The notes beneath the pieces are model-generated. The model was not told the origin of the DNA. It did no database searches and worked only from the letters and a program-made list of their open reading frames with translations. A stretch of 64,000 nucleotides of DNA, taken from Candidatus Bathyarchaeota archaeon. GTDB lineage: Archaea; Thermoproteota; Bathyarchaeia; Bathyarchaeales; Bathycorpusculaceae. The translations under genes were made by a program, and so were the position numbers. Location: assembly GCA_963833575.1 (NCBI GenBank), contig CAWHXY010000004.1, forward strand, positions 736,001 to 800,000, written 5' to 3'. Positions 28,760 to 39,395 of the stretch are shown in pieces (within the stretch, counting starts at the first letter, position 1; each line of letters begins with the position of its first letter).

Positions 28760-30853
28760 GTGGATACGTTAACAAAATTCGACGCAAGACATTGTCACAA
28801 ATGGGCTCAACTTTTACTTGCAAGACAACAAAAACTCAATCAAGCCTTAACGGCCATAACAGAAAATGACTTTGATTTGGCAAAGCGTTTGTTTTCTCAA
28901 ATCTTTAATGGAGTTAGCGGCGGCAAACAAGCCGACCCAGGTATGGCTGGATCGCTTTTATATCATATGGCTATGGTTACAAAAATGGAGTCTGAAACAC
29001 GCACGCTACTTGAAGAGTTGCAAGTAGACTTACCTGACATTGCCACCAAAGTTAACAACATTTATAGCGACTTTGAATCTGATGCCAAAGAACTAACCAA
29101 AGAAATTATTCCTTTTAGCTTTTTCCCTAAAGAAATAAGCTCAAGTCCACACCTTGGAACAAGCGAAAAAATTAATCTTTTCAAAAACCTAAGTAAAGAA
29201 AACAAAAAAGTTCAAAGCCTTTTAACTGCAAAGAACCCAGAGGCATCTGAAGAATTAAGAAAACTATTTCGTGATTGGTCTGAACAAATCGTGCGGATGC
29301 GTTTAATTCAGGAATACGAGACAATCAAGGGTTTGCTAGTAATGACGGAACTTGCGAAACACATAGACTTGGCAACTCTTGAGAATGCAATGCAAAGGGT
29401 GCAGGACAAATTCGGCCAAGAAACAGTGAATATCGCTCTTGATGTAACATTAAAGGTTGGAATGCGAAGAGAAAAACTGCAGTCAATTATGTTAAGCGAT
29501 CACTTCATCAACTACACCATGTCTACCGACACGTTAGATGGACACATGGAGTTCTTGAATTGTCCAATCTTTGGAAGCCACAAATACGTCAATGAAAAAT
29601 ATGATTTAAGCCCTCAAGTGTCTTCTTTGTTTTGTACCCATTTTTGTTTTGCTCATGCCAAAGCAATGCTGTACACTGTGCTTCCGTTCCCATTTACACT
29701 TTGGCAACCTAAACTAATAGCGACACATGGGAACTGCGAATATTACCTAAAACTCGCCCACTCACCAGCGGCAAAGACTTCTGAACGGTTTGTTCCCCTT
29801 GTCATGTCATGGAACGTTACTCGCGAATGCAACATGAAATGCTCACACTGCTACATTAATGCTACAGAGAAAAAACTTAATAATGAATTGACAACTCAAG
29901 AAGCAAAAAGCCTTATGGATCAAATTCACCAAGTTAGCACCCCGCTTCTCATACTTAGTGGGGGTGAACCTCTTTTGCGCCCAGACATTTTTGAACTAAT
30001 AAGTTACGGTGCAAAGATAGGTTTAAAGATGGGACTAGGAAGCAACGGAAGTCTCATCGATGAGTCAGTGGCAAGAAAACTTAAGAAAGCAGGTATTGCG
30101 ACTGTTTCCATCAGCTTGGATTCTAATATTGCAGCCCAGCATGATGAGTTTAGAGGAGTAACTGGAGCTTGGGAAAAAGCGGTCCAAGCCTGTAAAGCTT
30201 TGAGAAAAAACAATGTCCTTGTTCAAGTCAACACCACATTAACACAGCATAACTACAATCAGATAGACGACATCATGTCACTTGCTGAAGATATAGGCGT
30301 TGAGAACTTCCACCTGTTTTTCCTTGTTCCAACAGGGCGAGGAACCAAATTAACAGATATTTCGCCAGAAAAATACGAAGAAATGATTACAAAAACCTTC
30401 GCAAAAACTGCCAATCATAAGCTAAACGTTAGACCTTCTTGTGCTCCCCAGTTTATGAGGATCGCTAAAGGTATGGGTTTAGATATGAGACAGTGGATTC
30501 GTGGCTGTATAGCGGGACTGTATTATTGCCGCATTTACCCAAATGGAGACGTGACACCCTGTCCCTACCTACCGATTAAGCTGGGAAATATTCGGGAAAA
30601 AAGCTTCAAAGAAATTTGGTTTAACTCAAAAGTTTTCAAAGATCTAAGGGAGCCAAATTCGCTTAAAGGGAAATGCGGCATCTGCGATTATCGCTCTTTA
30701 TGTGGTGGCTGCCGAGCTCGCGCTTATGGTCTTTCAAACGACTTCATAGATTACTGCGGAGACTTGCACGAACCTGAAGAGTTAAAAAGCGATTATCTGA
30801 CAGAGGACCCTTGGTGTGTGTATAAACCAAAAAATGCCTCTGAAAAACCATAA
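28760..30853 (+). CDS. Radical SAM/SPASM protein (NirJ/AhbC/AhbD-like) with a ~340-aa N-terminal fusion
   Basis: WNVTRECNMKCSHC, SGGEPLLR, CIAG, PCPYL and CGGCRARAY. Confidence 0.88.
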   Translation: MDTLTKFDARHCHKWAQLLLARQQKLNQALTAITENDFDLAKRLFSQIFNGVSGGKQADPGMAGSLLYHMAMVTKMESETRTLLEELQVDLPDIATKVNNIYSDFESDAKELTKEIIPFSFFPKEISSSPHLGTSEKINLFKNLSKENKKVQSLLTAKNPEASEELRKLFRDWSEQIVRMRLIQEYETIKGLLVMTELAKHIDLATLENAMQRVQDKFGQETVNIALDVTLKVGMRREKLQSIMLSDHFINYTMSTDTLDGHMEFLNCPIFGSHKYVNEKYDLSPQVSSLFCTHFCFAHAKAMLYTVLPFPFTLWQPKLIATHGNCEYYLKLAHSPAAKTSERFVPLVMSWNVTRECNMKCSHCYINATEKKLNNELTTQEAKSLMDQIHQVSTPLLILSGGEPLLRPDIFELISYGAKIGLKMGLGSNGSLIDESVARKLKKAGIATVSISLDSNIAAQHDEFRGVTGAWEKAVQACKALRKNNVLVQVNTTLTQHNYNQIDDIMSLAEDIGVENFHLFFLVPTGRGTKLTDISPEKYEEMITKTFAKTANHKLNVRPSCAPQFMRIAKGMGLDMRQWIRGCIAGLYYCRIYPNGDVTPCPYLPIKLGNIREKSFKEIWFNSKVFKDLREPNSLKGKCGICDYRSLCGGCRARAYGLSNDFIDYCGDLHEPEELKSDYLTEDPWCVYKPKNASEKP

Positions 30854-31270
30854 GTTTTGAGATACTAATGAAAAAAAGAGTCAATTAACTAAAGTGTAAT
30901 GACAGAAACTATTTAAGACATGGGTGTCTTTCAAAAACTTTAATTGGCAGTGAAAATGGGTTTGGCAGCCCTTAACGCAGCTATTCAATAACTGTGGACC
31001 GCCAACCAAGAAAATCGATGGCGACGAAAATGATAAGAGTCCACATACTAAAAAACTCAAAAAAGGCTCTTAAGAGAATACCTTTAATTGATCCGTTAAT
31101 AAGAGTTATTCAAACCTTAATTGTTAATTTTCCGGGACTATTTGGACATAATAATTCACTCTTTTCTAAAAGTTAAGGAGGCAACCTGAATCTCAAATGG
31201 GCGCCTTTCAAGAAATTTCTGGGGACTGTTCAAAGAAACATCATTTGCTTATTTTTTTGATATAGCGGGT

Positions 31271-32389
31271 TTGTTGGCTGGTTTTCTTATTGCGTATCAG
31301 CTTAATGTTTTTAGGCTTTCACCATGGGCTTTAGCTCTTTATCCAACATTGATAAGTACAAGAGTAATTAGCGGTTTACTTACCGGTCGCTTAAGCACTG
31401 GTTTACATCTTGGCACAATTTATCCCAGATTTTCTGGAAACACGAAAAGTTTCCATAAATTAATGCATGCCATAATCGTATTAACCCTAGTCACAAGCCT
31501 GATGGTTAGCGTTATCTCATTACTTTTCGGTTACTTACTTTGGGGGATAACCATAGCTGATTTCTCAGCCATCGTGTCGGTAATGGTTTCGACATTAGCC
31601 ATAGGTTTGCTTTTTTCTTTATTTACTATCAAAGTTGCATTCATTTCTTTCAAGCGAGGATTGGATCCAGACATCGTAGTTTATCCTGTAGTATCTACAG
31701 CAGCAAGCATATTCATTACGCTCTGCTATGTTGGAGTACTAAATCTATTCTTCTTTTTGCCCTATTTCGGTAGGTTAGCTATTCTTGCCATCGGTTTTAC
31801 GCACGTGTTTCTCGTTCTATATTTATTATCAAAAAACAAACAAGATAGTGAATTCCTAAAAACTATTCGCGAATCCTTCATTATGTTAATGGTTGTGGCC
31901 GTATTGGTAACTTTAACCGGAACGATTTTCAAAGGAATAAGCAAATTTGCCTTAGACCGTAAAGAAATTTACACCATTTATCCTGCATTAATTAATTTAG
32001 TAAGCAATGTTGGCTCAGTTGTCGGATCCACTGCTAACACAAAACTTGCATTAGGAGTACTGGCACCCACGTTCTCTTCAATAAAAAATCACCTAAAAAA
32101 CATAGCAAGCGCGTGGGGAGCCTCATTTTTAATCTCCACCATTTTGGCGCTCATATCTCTAGCAATTAATCGCGTGTTTCCACTCTCAAGCTTGTTAAAT
32201 TTTTTGGGGATAATTTGGATAGCTAATGTAATTGCCGTCATCGGAATAGTGCTAATATCCTATGGAATTTCAGTAGTTACCTTCAGAAGAGGCTTAAACC
32301 CAGAAAACTTCGTGATTCCAATTGAAACCTCATTGTCAACAATAGTAACCTCAATAGCCTTGTTAGTAGCTTTGCTCTTTATTGGATAA
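31271..32389 (+). CDS. MgtE/SLC41-type divalent cation transporter, membrane domain (true start probably upstream)
   Basis: GRLSTGLHLG, RGLDPD and RRGLNPEN duplicated motifs; frame is open back to about 31190. Confidence 0.82.
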   Translation: MLAGFLIAYQLNVFRLSPWALALYPTLISTRVISGLLTGRLSTGLHLGTIYPRFSGNTKSFHKLMHAIIVLTLVTSLMVSVISLLFGYLLWGITIADFSAIVSVMVSTLAIGLLFSLFTIKVAFISFKRGLDPDIVVYPVVSTAASIFITLCYVGVLNLFFFLPYFGRLAILAIGFTHVFLVLYLLSKNKQDSEFLKTIRESFIMLMVVAVLVTLTGTIFKGISKFALDRKEIYTIYPALINLVSNVGSVVGSTANTKLALGVLAPTFSSIKNHLKNIASAWGASFLISTILALISLAINRVFPLSSLLNFLGIIWIANVIAVIGIVLISYGISVVTFRRGLNPENFVIPIETSLSTIVTSIALLVALLFIG

Positions 32390-32446
32390 TAGAAGAGTAC
32401 AATTAAATAACTAAAAGACAATATTATTTTGGAGCGACCTTAAGGG

Positions 32447-33643
32447 ATGCCTAAATTTGAAAAAATACAATACAAACCTATCCCCGTTAGAGAGCTTTTG
32501 CTTGAAATGAAAAATCTTTCCGAACTTATGATTGATTTAGCTTATTCTTCGGCTTTATACAATGATAAAGATCTTGCTGAAGACGTTCTTGCGCTTGAAA
32601 GCCGTGTAGATACCTTAGCATATCTTTTAGATATGGAAATAATGGTTGCTTCACGAGACCCCAGAGACGCAGAAGCTATGGTAGGAATTTCCAGGGTGGC
32701 TTCTGCTACGGACAAGATTTCAGACGCTGCCGCTGATATAGCAGCTATAGTAACTCGCAATATCGGCATCCACCCAATAGTTGGCGAAATCTTCGAAAAA
32801 GTAGAAGAACGTATAATGAAAGTAACTGTTAAACCCAATTCTGTGATCGCTAAACAAAGAATAGATGAATTGAACTTAGCAGCAAGAATGGGCGTTGACA
32901 TTATTGCTATTCGAAGAAACAACGATTGGATACTTAATCCTAAGAAAACTGAAAAAGTGTTTCAGGGAGATATCTTAATCACTCGTGGAGCAGCCTCAGG
33001 AATCGAAGAGTTTAAAGATTTGGCCGAAGGTGAACTTGCAAAACTAAACACTGAACAACGTGCCAAATTTGAGGAAATAGTTTCCAGATTTGTGGAACTC
33101 AAAGATACATCTGAAGTAATGTTAGACTTGGCTTACTCTTCTCTACTGCTAAATAGCAAGGAACTGGCTGAAGAAGTCGAGCGCCTGGAAGAACGCATGG
33201 ATCAATTACACACTGCTTTTGAATTGCTTGCGTTAACAAGTGATTTTAAAAAAGAAGAAGCCTCAGGTTTTCTAGGTTTGATTCGGCTGGGTGTTGCAAC
33301 TGAAAAAATCGCTGATGCCGCTGCCGATATGGCTGAAGTAGTTCTAAGAGGAATCGAGCCACATCCAATTTTAAAATTAACAATTACGGAAGCTGAAGAA
33401 ACAGTTGCCCAAGCATGTGTCACTGCAGAGTCTCCGCTTGTAAACAAAACATTGAAAGAAGCACGTGTACATGAAGAAACTGGTATGTGGATTTTAGTCA
33501 TTAAAAGAGGCGAAAAATGCCTTCGTCCTAAAGCGGATTCAAAAATCCAAAACGGTGATGTATTAGTCGCTTCAGGATATGCCGAAGGTGCAGATGACTT
33601 GAAAAAGCTAGCATCTCCTTCTCAAACCTGCGCTGTCGAGTAG
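32447..33643 (+). CDS. Tandem PhoU plus TrkA-C (RCK_C) domain regulatory protein
   Basis: Duplicated MIDLAYS/MLDLAYS, KISDAAADIA/KIADAAADMA and IIAIRR/ILVIKR; typical partner of archaeal MgtE-like genes. Confidence 0.88.
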   Translation: MPKFEKIQYKPIPVRELLLEMKNLSELMIDLAYSSALYNDKDLAEDVLALESRVDTLAYLLDMEIMVASRDPRDAEAMVGISRVASATDKISDAAADIAAIVTRNIGIHPIVGEIFEKVEERIMKVTVKPNSVIAKQRIDELNLAARMGVDIIAIRRNNDWILNPKKTEKVFQGDILITRGAASGIEEFKDLAEGELAKLNTEQRAKFEEIVSRFVELKDTSEVMLDLAYSSLLLNSKELAEEVERLEERMDQLHTAFELLALTSDFKKEEASGFLGLIRLGVATEKIADAAADMAEVVLRGIEPHPILKLTITEAEETVAQACVTAESPLVNKTLKEARVHEETGMWILVIKRGEKCLRPKADSKIQNGDVLVASGYAEGADDLKKLASPSQTCAVE

Positions 33644-33823
33644 TCAATAGCTTAATTTCAGATCCATTAAAACTATAAAGAAGTTGCACCTTAGCGAAAT
33701 ACTAAGCAAAGCATAATTTAATTAATGTGATGCGAGAGGAAAAAGAACGTTTTTACAAGGTCTATTTTAGATAGTTGCTGTATGAATTTTGGATTCTTAA
33801 CGGGTATATCTAAGTAGCTGGTA

Positions 33824-34182
33824 ATGGGTTCTAATGGAGACAGTAGAGAACGTTTACCTGCTCTAACCCTTCATGCAAGAAAACTTTCGATACGCCACTT
33901 AAAACCTTAAATCTAAATCAGGATCCAGCTGAGCCATTTGACGCTTGCCCATATTGTTTAACTAAAATATCAGACACAAAAACAGAAAGGAATAACGAAC
34001 CTGACAAAACAACTATTAAGTCAACACTTCATAAAGAAAAATTAACCCAAAAGAAAGAAAAACCTATCACTTGTCACTATCACTTCGGCTACTTAAGCGA
34101 ACGTGAGAAGAAAGAGCAAATACCTGACGATTGCATTATTTGCAAGGACATTCTTGAATGCATGCTGAGAAAAATGAGATAA
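33824..34182 (+). CDS. Double zinc-finger small protein missed by the ORF track; start unclear (1-nt indel or ACG start)
   Basis: Frame 33853-34182 reads FTCSNPSC...ACPYC...CHYHFGYL...IPDDCIICKDILEC then stop. Confidence 0.7.
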
Positions 34183-34254
34183 CGAATTAACAAAATGTGT
34201 TGATATTAATAAATAAAAAAATTAAAGAATTAAAATAGAAAGAAATTATTTGAA

Positions 34255-34602
34255 TTATTTCTTTTTCTTAGGTGCAGTTTTGTCTTCGGTGGCAGGCATT
34301 TCGGTTTGTTTAGCTGGCTCTTCTGCTTTTGGTTCTTCTTTCTTCTCTTCAATCTCAGTTGTAATCTCTTCGATTGGTTTTGGAGGCGGTGTTGTTGCCA
34401 TTGTCCATCCGATCCAAGCACCAATTGCTAATATAGCGATGAATGCTATGGAAACGAGAATCAATACTGCATCTAGTCTAACAGTAGTTGGATCCCATCC
34501 GAACAGCTGTTTAGGAATTCCAACAAGAAGGACAAAGCCTACAGCGACTATAACGCATACGGCCAGTATTGCTCCACCTATTCCTTGATCTTTGCTAACC
34601 AT
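34255..34602 (-). CDS. Conserved archaeal 2-TM protein with charged tail
   Basis: KDQGIGGAIL and WIGWTMATTPPPKPIEEI motifs. Confidence 0.8.
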   Translation of the reverse strand: MVSKDQGIGGAILAVCVIVAVGFVLLVGIPKQLFGWDPTTVRLDAVLILVSIAFIAILAIGAWIGWTMATTPPPKPIEEITTEIEEKKEEPKAEEPAKQTEMPATEDKTAPKKKK

Positions 34603-34676
34603 TTAAGTCACCACTTTATAGCCATGTACTATCTCAGACAATTTAAAGTTTGTCATGGTTTTAAGCGTACCCTTGA

Positions 34677-35933
34677 TTATGTAGTTCCCATTTCCCAAGT
34701 TGATAAGTACTTTTTCTGTTCAGCGGTGAGCTCATCGATTTTTATACCCATAGATTTTAATTTTAATTCAGCAACTTTCTCGTCAATTTCTTTAGGCACG
34801 CAGTAAACTTTGGTTTGAAGTTTTTCAGATTTAGCTATAAATTCAGAGCTAAGGGCTTGGTTTGCAAAGGACATATCCATGACTTCTGAGGGGTGCCCTT
34901 CCGCCGCGGCTAAATTGACCAGCCTTCCTTCGGCAAGCAGGTATAGTTTTCTGCCATCATTTAGTGAATATTCTTCCATGTTTGGTCGAATCGTCCGTTT
35001 GCCTTTGGAAAGCGATTCTAAGTCAGGAATACTAATTTCTACGTTGAAGTGGCCACTATTGCACATGATGGCGCCGTCCTTCATTTTTTGCATGTGCTCC
35101 TTGCGGATGACATTAAGGTCGCCAGTTGCAGTTACAAAGATATCACCAATAGCTGCAGCTTCAGACATCGGCATAACACGAAGACCATTCATGGCTGCTT
35201 CTAACGCGCGAGTCGGTTGAACCTCGGTGACTATTACGTTTGCGCCCATACCTTGCGCCCGCATAGCTATGCCTCGGCTGCACCATCCGTATCCTCCGAC
35301 GACAAAGTTTTTACCTGCGATCAAAACTGAAGTTGCACGAAGTATTCCGTCCATGGTACTTTGACCTGTTCCGTAGCGGTTGTCGAAAAGGTATTTGGTA
35401 TATGCATCGTTGACGGCTACTATGGGGTATTTGAGGCTACCATCTTGTTCCATGGCTCTTAGGCGTATGACTCCAGTTGTTGTTTCTTCGGTTCCGCCTT
35501 TAAGATCTTTTATCTGTTTTTGGCGTTTACTGTGCAATGTTCCTACTAAGTCTGCGCCATCGTCAAGGGTAATTGTTGGCTTGTAGTCAAGGACTTTGTC
35601 TATACATTGGTAGTATTCTTCGGTATTTTGTCCTCTCCAGGCGAAAACATGCACGCCACTATCTGCTAACGCGGCAGCGACATCGTCCTGGGTTGAAAGA
35701 GGGTTAGATCCGCAGAGTGCAATTTCTGCGCCTCCAGCGATCAATGCTTTTATCAGAACTGCCGTTTCCTTCGTTACGTGTAGGCAGGCGGCTAAAGTTT
35801 GGCCTTTAAGTGGTTTTTCTTTTTCAAAACGATTTTTGATGATGTTGAGGACGGGCATGTGCTTTGCTGCCCATTCAATTTGTAAGTGACCTTGAGGGGC
35901 TAGACTTTTATCTTTAACTTGGAATTTTTCCAT
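34677..35933 (-). CDS. ahcY: Adenosylhomocysteinase
   Basis: [29 protein letters not shown] and [12 protein letters not shown]. Confidence 0.98.
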   Translation of the reverse strand: MEKFQVKDKSLAPQGHLQIEWAAKHMPVLNIIKNRFEKEKPLKGQTLAACLHVTKETAVLIKALIAGGAEIALCGSNPLSTQDDVAAALADSGVHVFAWRGQNTEEYYQCIDKVLDYKPTITLDDGADLVGTLHSKRQKQIKDLKGGTEETTTGVIRLRAMEQDGSLKYPIVAVNDAYTKYLFDNRYGTGQSTMDGILRATSVLIAGKNFVVGGYGWCSRGIAMRAQGMGANVIVTEVQPTRALEAAMNGLRVMPMSEAAAIGDIFVTATGDLNVIRKEHMQKMKDGAIMCNSGHFNVEISIPDLESLSKGKRTIRPNMEEYSLNDGRKLYLLAEGRLVNLAAAEGHPSEVMDMSFANQALSSEFIAKSEKLQTKVYCVPKEIDEKVAELKLKSMGIKIDELTAEQKKYLSTWEMGTT

Positions 35934-36091
35934 TAATACTCCTCTTTTTAGGAAGAATATACCGTCTTCCTATTTAGAATTTGCTTTATTCTTGCTATTA
36001 TAAATCAAGCAGCAACTTGAAAGCGCAATTAATCGTCTGGAAAAAGTTTAATTACGCCATATCCAAAAGCTAACTGGACGAGGGTGTACAG

Positions 36092-36697
36092 TTGAAAGAA
36101 CCTTTTACCAAGTTCATTAAAGCCAACCTAGAAACCAAAACGTTACTAATTACATGCGGGTTACCAGGAACATGGAAAACAGAGACCGCGGAAGAAGTTT
36201 CAAAAATCAAAGGATACCCAATTCTCAGAAGCGACATAATCCGGTTAGAAGTACTTAAAAACGAAGATGTTTTTGATCCTAAAGTTGCTGGAAACATGAA
36301 CAAACGTATGTCAGTTTATGATGAAGTTTTCCGTCGAGCAGATGAACTTGCAGGAAAAAATGATGCAGGCATTATTTTAGACGCTACTTTTGTCACACAA
36401 GAATTACGGCTTCGCGCGGCTGAAGTTGCAGCTAAGCACAATATGAACTTTGTAATTATGCAGACAAATTGCCCACAAGAAGTGTCAGTTGCAAGAATTG
36501 AGAGAAGAACCAAAGAGAAGTACGAATCTAATGCGTTAACTGCAGATGCATATCTTGCTAACAAGAAAAAATTTGAACCAGTAGACATTGAAGCCGTTAA
36601 GAAAAATTATCCGAAACTCAACATAATTCATTTAACAGTCGACACCTGCCGAGATAACGCAGAAGATTGGCAAATTATAGGGATAGAAAAAAAGTAG
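36092..36697 (+). CDS. AAA_33-type P-loop kinase
   Basis: CGLPGTWKT variant Walker A, LRSDIIR and ILDATF. Confidence 0.82.
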   Translation: MKEPFTKFIKANLETKTLLITCGLPGTWKTETAEEVSKIKGYPILRSDIIRLEVLKNEDVFDPKVAGNMNKRMSVYDEVFRRADELAGKNDAGIILDATFVTQELRLRAAEVAAKHNMNFVIMQTNCPQEVSVARIERRTKEKYESNALTADAYLANKKKFEPVDIEAVKKNYPKLNIIHLTVDTCRDNAEDWQIIGIEKK

Positions 36698-36714
36698 CTG
36701 GACACCGTTCTAAA

Positions 36715-37596
36715 ATGATTATTGACTTACATATTCACTCTAAAGAGTCAGACGGCAAACTAACAGTCAAAGAAATATTCAAAGAAGCAAAAAAAAGAAA
36801 ACTGAACCTAATGGCAATTACAGATCATGATTCTATTATCTGCCAAACCCAAGCTATAGCTGCAGCAAAAAAACACCAAATTAGATACATTAGTGGCGTT
36901 GAGTTAAACGTAACTTTCTCACACCCAAAGTATCATGAAGGGAAAGCCGTTTCGCTTGATTTCTTAGGCTATCAATTCGATCCTAACAATAAAGAGCTAA
37001 ATAGCAAATTGGAAACCGTAGCGAAATATCGGGTGGAAAGAGCGGCAAAAATCCTCAACAACCTAAATGCAGAATTTAGAAAAGAAAACATATCTGCATT
37101 AACTGATAAGGATTTTAGAATGATTGAAGAATCAGTTGACGGAGTGCTTGGCAGACCCCACATTGCAGATTATTTAGTCAAGAAAAACATTGTTAAATCG
37201 CGCCAGGAAGCCTTCGATAAATACCTTGTAAGATGCGATGTTCCAAAATACCCGCTTTATTTGGAAGAAGCATCAAAACTAATCAGAGGCGCTGGCGGAA
37301 AACTGGTTTTGGCTCATCCCAACGATCCTCACGGAACTTCGTTGGCTGCATTGTCTAAATCATTATTTGACCAAACCGAAATTATTCAAGAAAAAATGTT
37401 TCCTTTCATTGACGGTGTTGAATGTTGGCATTCACGAAATGATGTTGAAACAACAAATCACTACGTTACATTTGCAAAGAATCATGGGCTAATGATGACT
37501 GGCGGAAGTGATTGCCATCAAAAACCAATTCTAATGGGCACAGTTCAAATTCCAGATTGGGTAGCAAACCAATTTGATCACCAGATAGTTCATTAA
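36715..37596 (+). CDS. PHP-domain phosphoesterase (TrpH/YciV-like)
   Basis: DLHIHS..SDG, ITDHD, GRPH, LAHP and GGSDCH; ATG at 36715. Confidence 0.92.
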   Translation: MIIDLHIHSKESDGKLTVKEIFKEAKKRKLNLMAITDHDSIICQTQAIAAAKKHQIRYISGVELNVTFSHPKYHEGKAVSLDFLGYQFDPNNKELNSKLETVAKYRVERAAKILNNLNAEFRKENISALTDKDFRMIEESVDGVLGRPHIADYLVKKNIVKSRQEAFDKYLVRCDVPKYPLYLEEASKLIRGAGGKLVLAHPNDPHGTSLAALSKSLFDQTEIIQEKMFPFIDGVECWHSRNDVETTNHYVTFAKNHGLMMTGGSDCHQKPILMGTVQIPDWVANQFDHQIVH

Positions 37597-38645
37597 AATT
37601 CTTTTGCGTAGGTGGCAGCTAATTTGAAGTATGCTTGAGCCTCTTTCACAGCTAGTTTCTTTTCATCAGCGTCAACGTTTGGGTCGTCGAGTTTGAAGCT
37701 GATAACTTTGCCTCGTACATATGCTCTGTAACACTTGTAGAATGGAAGAACCTGCACCAACTCACGATCTTTGGAATATAGTACATATCTATCGATAAAG
37801 TAATCTGATAAGTTATGACTCTCTTGAAAGTCCAGATCCATTGCTAAAAAGGCGACATCTGAGGCTACATCCGAGTACCTAAAACGATCATTAAACTCTA
37901 TCGCATCAAAAATACAAATCGGATCTGTAATGAATATGTTTCCTGAGTGCATGTCGCCATGGCAGTCTTTAATTTTATTGTTTATTACTCTGCTTTCAAA
38001 AAGCCAATGCTTTTGATTCATAAATTCAAAAATTTTATTTTGAATAAATTGGAAATCAATTTGTGAGATCGTTTGATTGGTGTACTTTATGGTCTGAGCG
38101 AAATTTTCATCCCAATTAATCTTAATAGTTTTAAGAGAGCCATACTCGTTAATGTCGCCACTAGTTTGCGCTTTAGAATGGAATTGCACAATAATCTTTG
38201 CTATATCGTCGATTGTCTTCTCGTCAACTTTATTCTCTTTAAGAAGAACCGTCATTATTCTTTCCTGAGGAAGACGCTTCATTTTTAAAGCATACTCAAC
38301 TGATTCACCATCACCGTTTATCTTAATAATGTCTGATTTCTTGGTAATAGGAACCACTTCAAGGTACACGTCTGAACAGAGTCTTCTATTGAGCTCTAAC
38401 TCTTTCTCGCAAAAGAAATGTCTTCTTTCAAGGGTAGAGAAATCTAAAAATCCAAAATTCACTGCTTTCTTTACCTTATAAACAAAATTCTCAGTGAGAA
38501 AAACAAAGGAAATATGGGTTTGAATTAATCCAATTTCGCCGGGGTTTTCAGGGTAAGCTTCTGGTTTTAGAAGGGCGTCAACTACTTGTTTTTGGATGTG
38601 CATATTATTCTTCCTGAATATGTAATCTTGTGAATTTGATCCCAA
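37593..38645 (-). CDS. Aminoglycoside-phosphotransferase-like kinase (COG2187 type)
   Basis: QTHISFVFL, YKVKK..FGFLDF, CHGDMH, FDAIEF and DVAFLAMDL. Confidence 0.88.
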   Translation of the reverse strand: MGSNSQDYIFRKNNMHIQKQVVDALLKPEAYPENPGEIGLIQTHISFVFLTENFVYKVKKAVNFGFLDFSTLERRHFFCEKELELNRRLCSDVYLEVVPITKKSDIIKINGDGESVEYALKMKRLPQERIMTVLLKENKVDEKTIDDIAKIIVQFHSKAQTSGDINEYGSLKTIKINWDENFAQTIKYTNQTISQIDFQFIQNKIFEFMNQKHWLFESRVINNKIKDCHGDMHSGNIFITDPICIFDAIEFNDRFRYSDVASDVAFLAMDLDFQESHNLSDYFIDRYVLYSKDRELVQVLPFYKCYRAYVRGKVISFKLDDPNVDADEKKLAVKEAQAYFKLAATYAKEF

Positions 38646-38718
38646 TAAATATACGGTATATTTTTTGTTAATAATGGTTAACTAAAGAAACGTCTGAAGA
38701 AAAAAATCAGACTATATG

Positions 38719-39354
38719 TCAAAGTGCTTTGAAAGTTGTTACGAAAGCTAATACTTCATCGGTCTGCTTTTTTGAAATATGTTTGTTATTATACAGTGAC
38801 TCTGCTAGTTCAGAAACTTTTGCTAAAGCGTGTACTTTGAAACCTAACTTTTCTAATTTTTCTTTTCCACCCTGCTCACGGTTGACAACAACTAGTAAAT
38901 GCTTAACAATGCCACCTAGCTCTTGCAACGGCTTGATTCCTTCAACTTTAGATAAGCCTTCGCTTATGACATCATCAAAAAATAGGATATTATCACCTTT
39001 TGCAACATCTGCACCGGCAATTCTACCAGTGACACCATAAGCCTTCTCCTCCTTTCTAACTATAATGCAAGGCAAATTTACTTGAGCAGCGATACTTGGA
39101 ATTATCAACGCACCTTTAAGTTCGATCGAAGCCAATTTGTCTATTTTATCAGAAACCATTATTTGCCTAACTTGTTTAGCCGCAACCTCGGCGACAACAC
39201 ATAATTGTGTTGGGGAGGAAAGCAAACGAGCAAGATCAATATAGTAAGGACTGATAGCGCCAGATTTGATTTTGAAGCTGCCAAACTTCAAGCACCCTGA
39301 TAAGTAGAGAGCATTCGCAACTTTGTCTGTAATGTTTGACATTTGAATATCCAT
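38719..39354 (-). CDS. pyrE: Orotate phosphoribosyltransferase
   Basis: FKIKSGAISPYYID, RKEEKAYG and FDDVISEG. Confidence 0.92.
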   Translation of the reverse strand: MDIQMSNITDKVANALYLSGCLKFGSFKIKSGAISPYYIDLARLLSSPTQLCVVAEVAAKQVRQIMVSDKIDKLASIELKGALIIPSIAAQVNLPCIIVRKEEKAYGVTGRIAGADVAKGDNILFFDDVISEGLSKVEGIKPLQELGGIVKHLLVVVNREQGGKEKLEKLGFKVHALAKVSELAESLYNNKHISKKQTDEVLAFVTTFKAL

Positions 39355-39395
39355 ATTGTGATTGTAAAATAGGAAATTTAACCCTTTACAATCAA

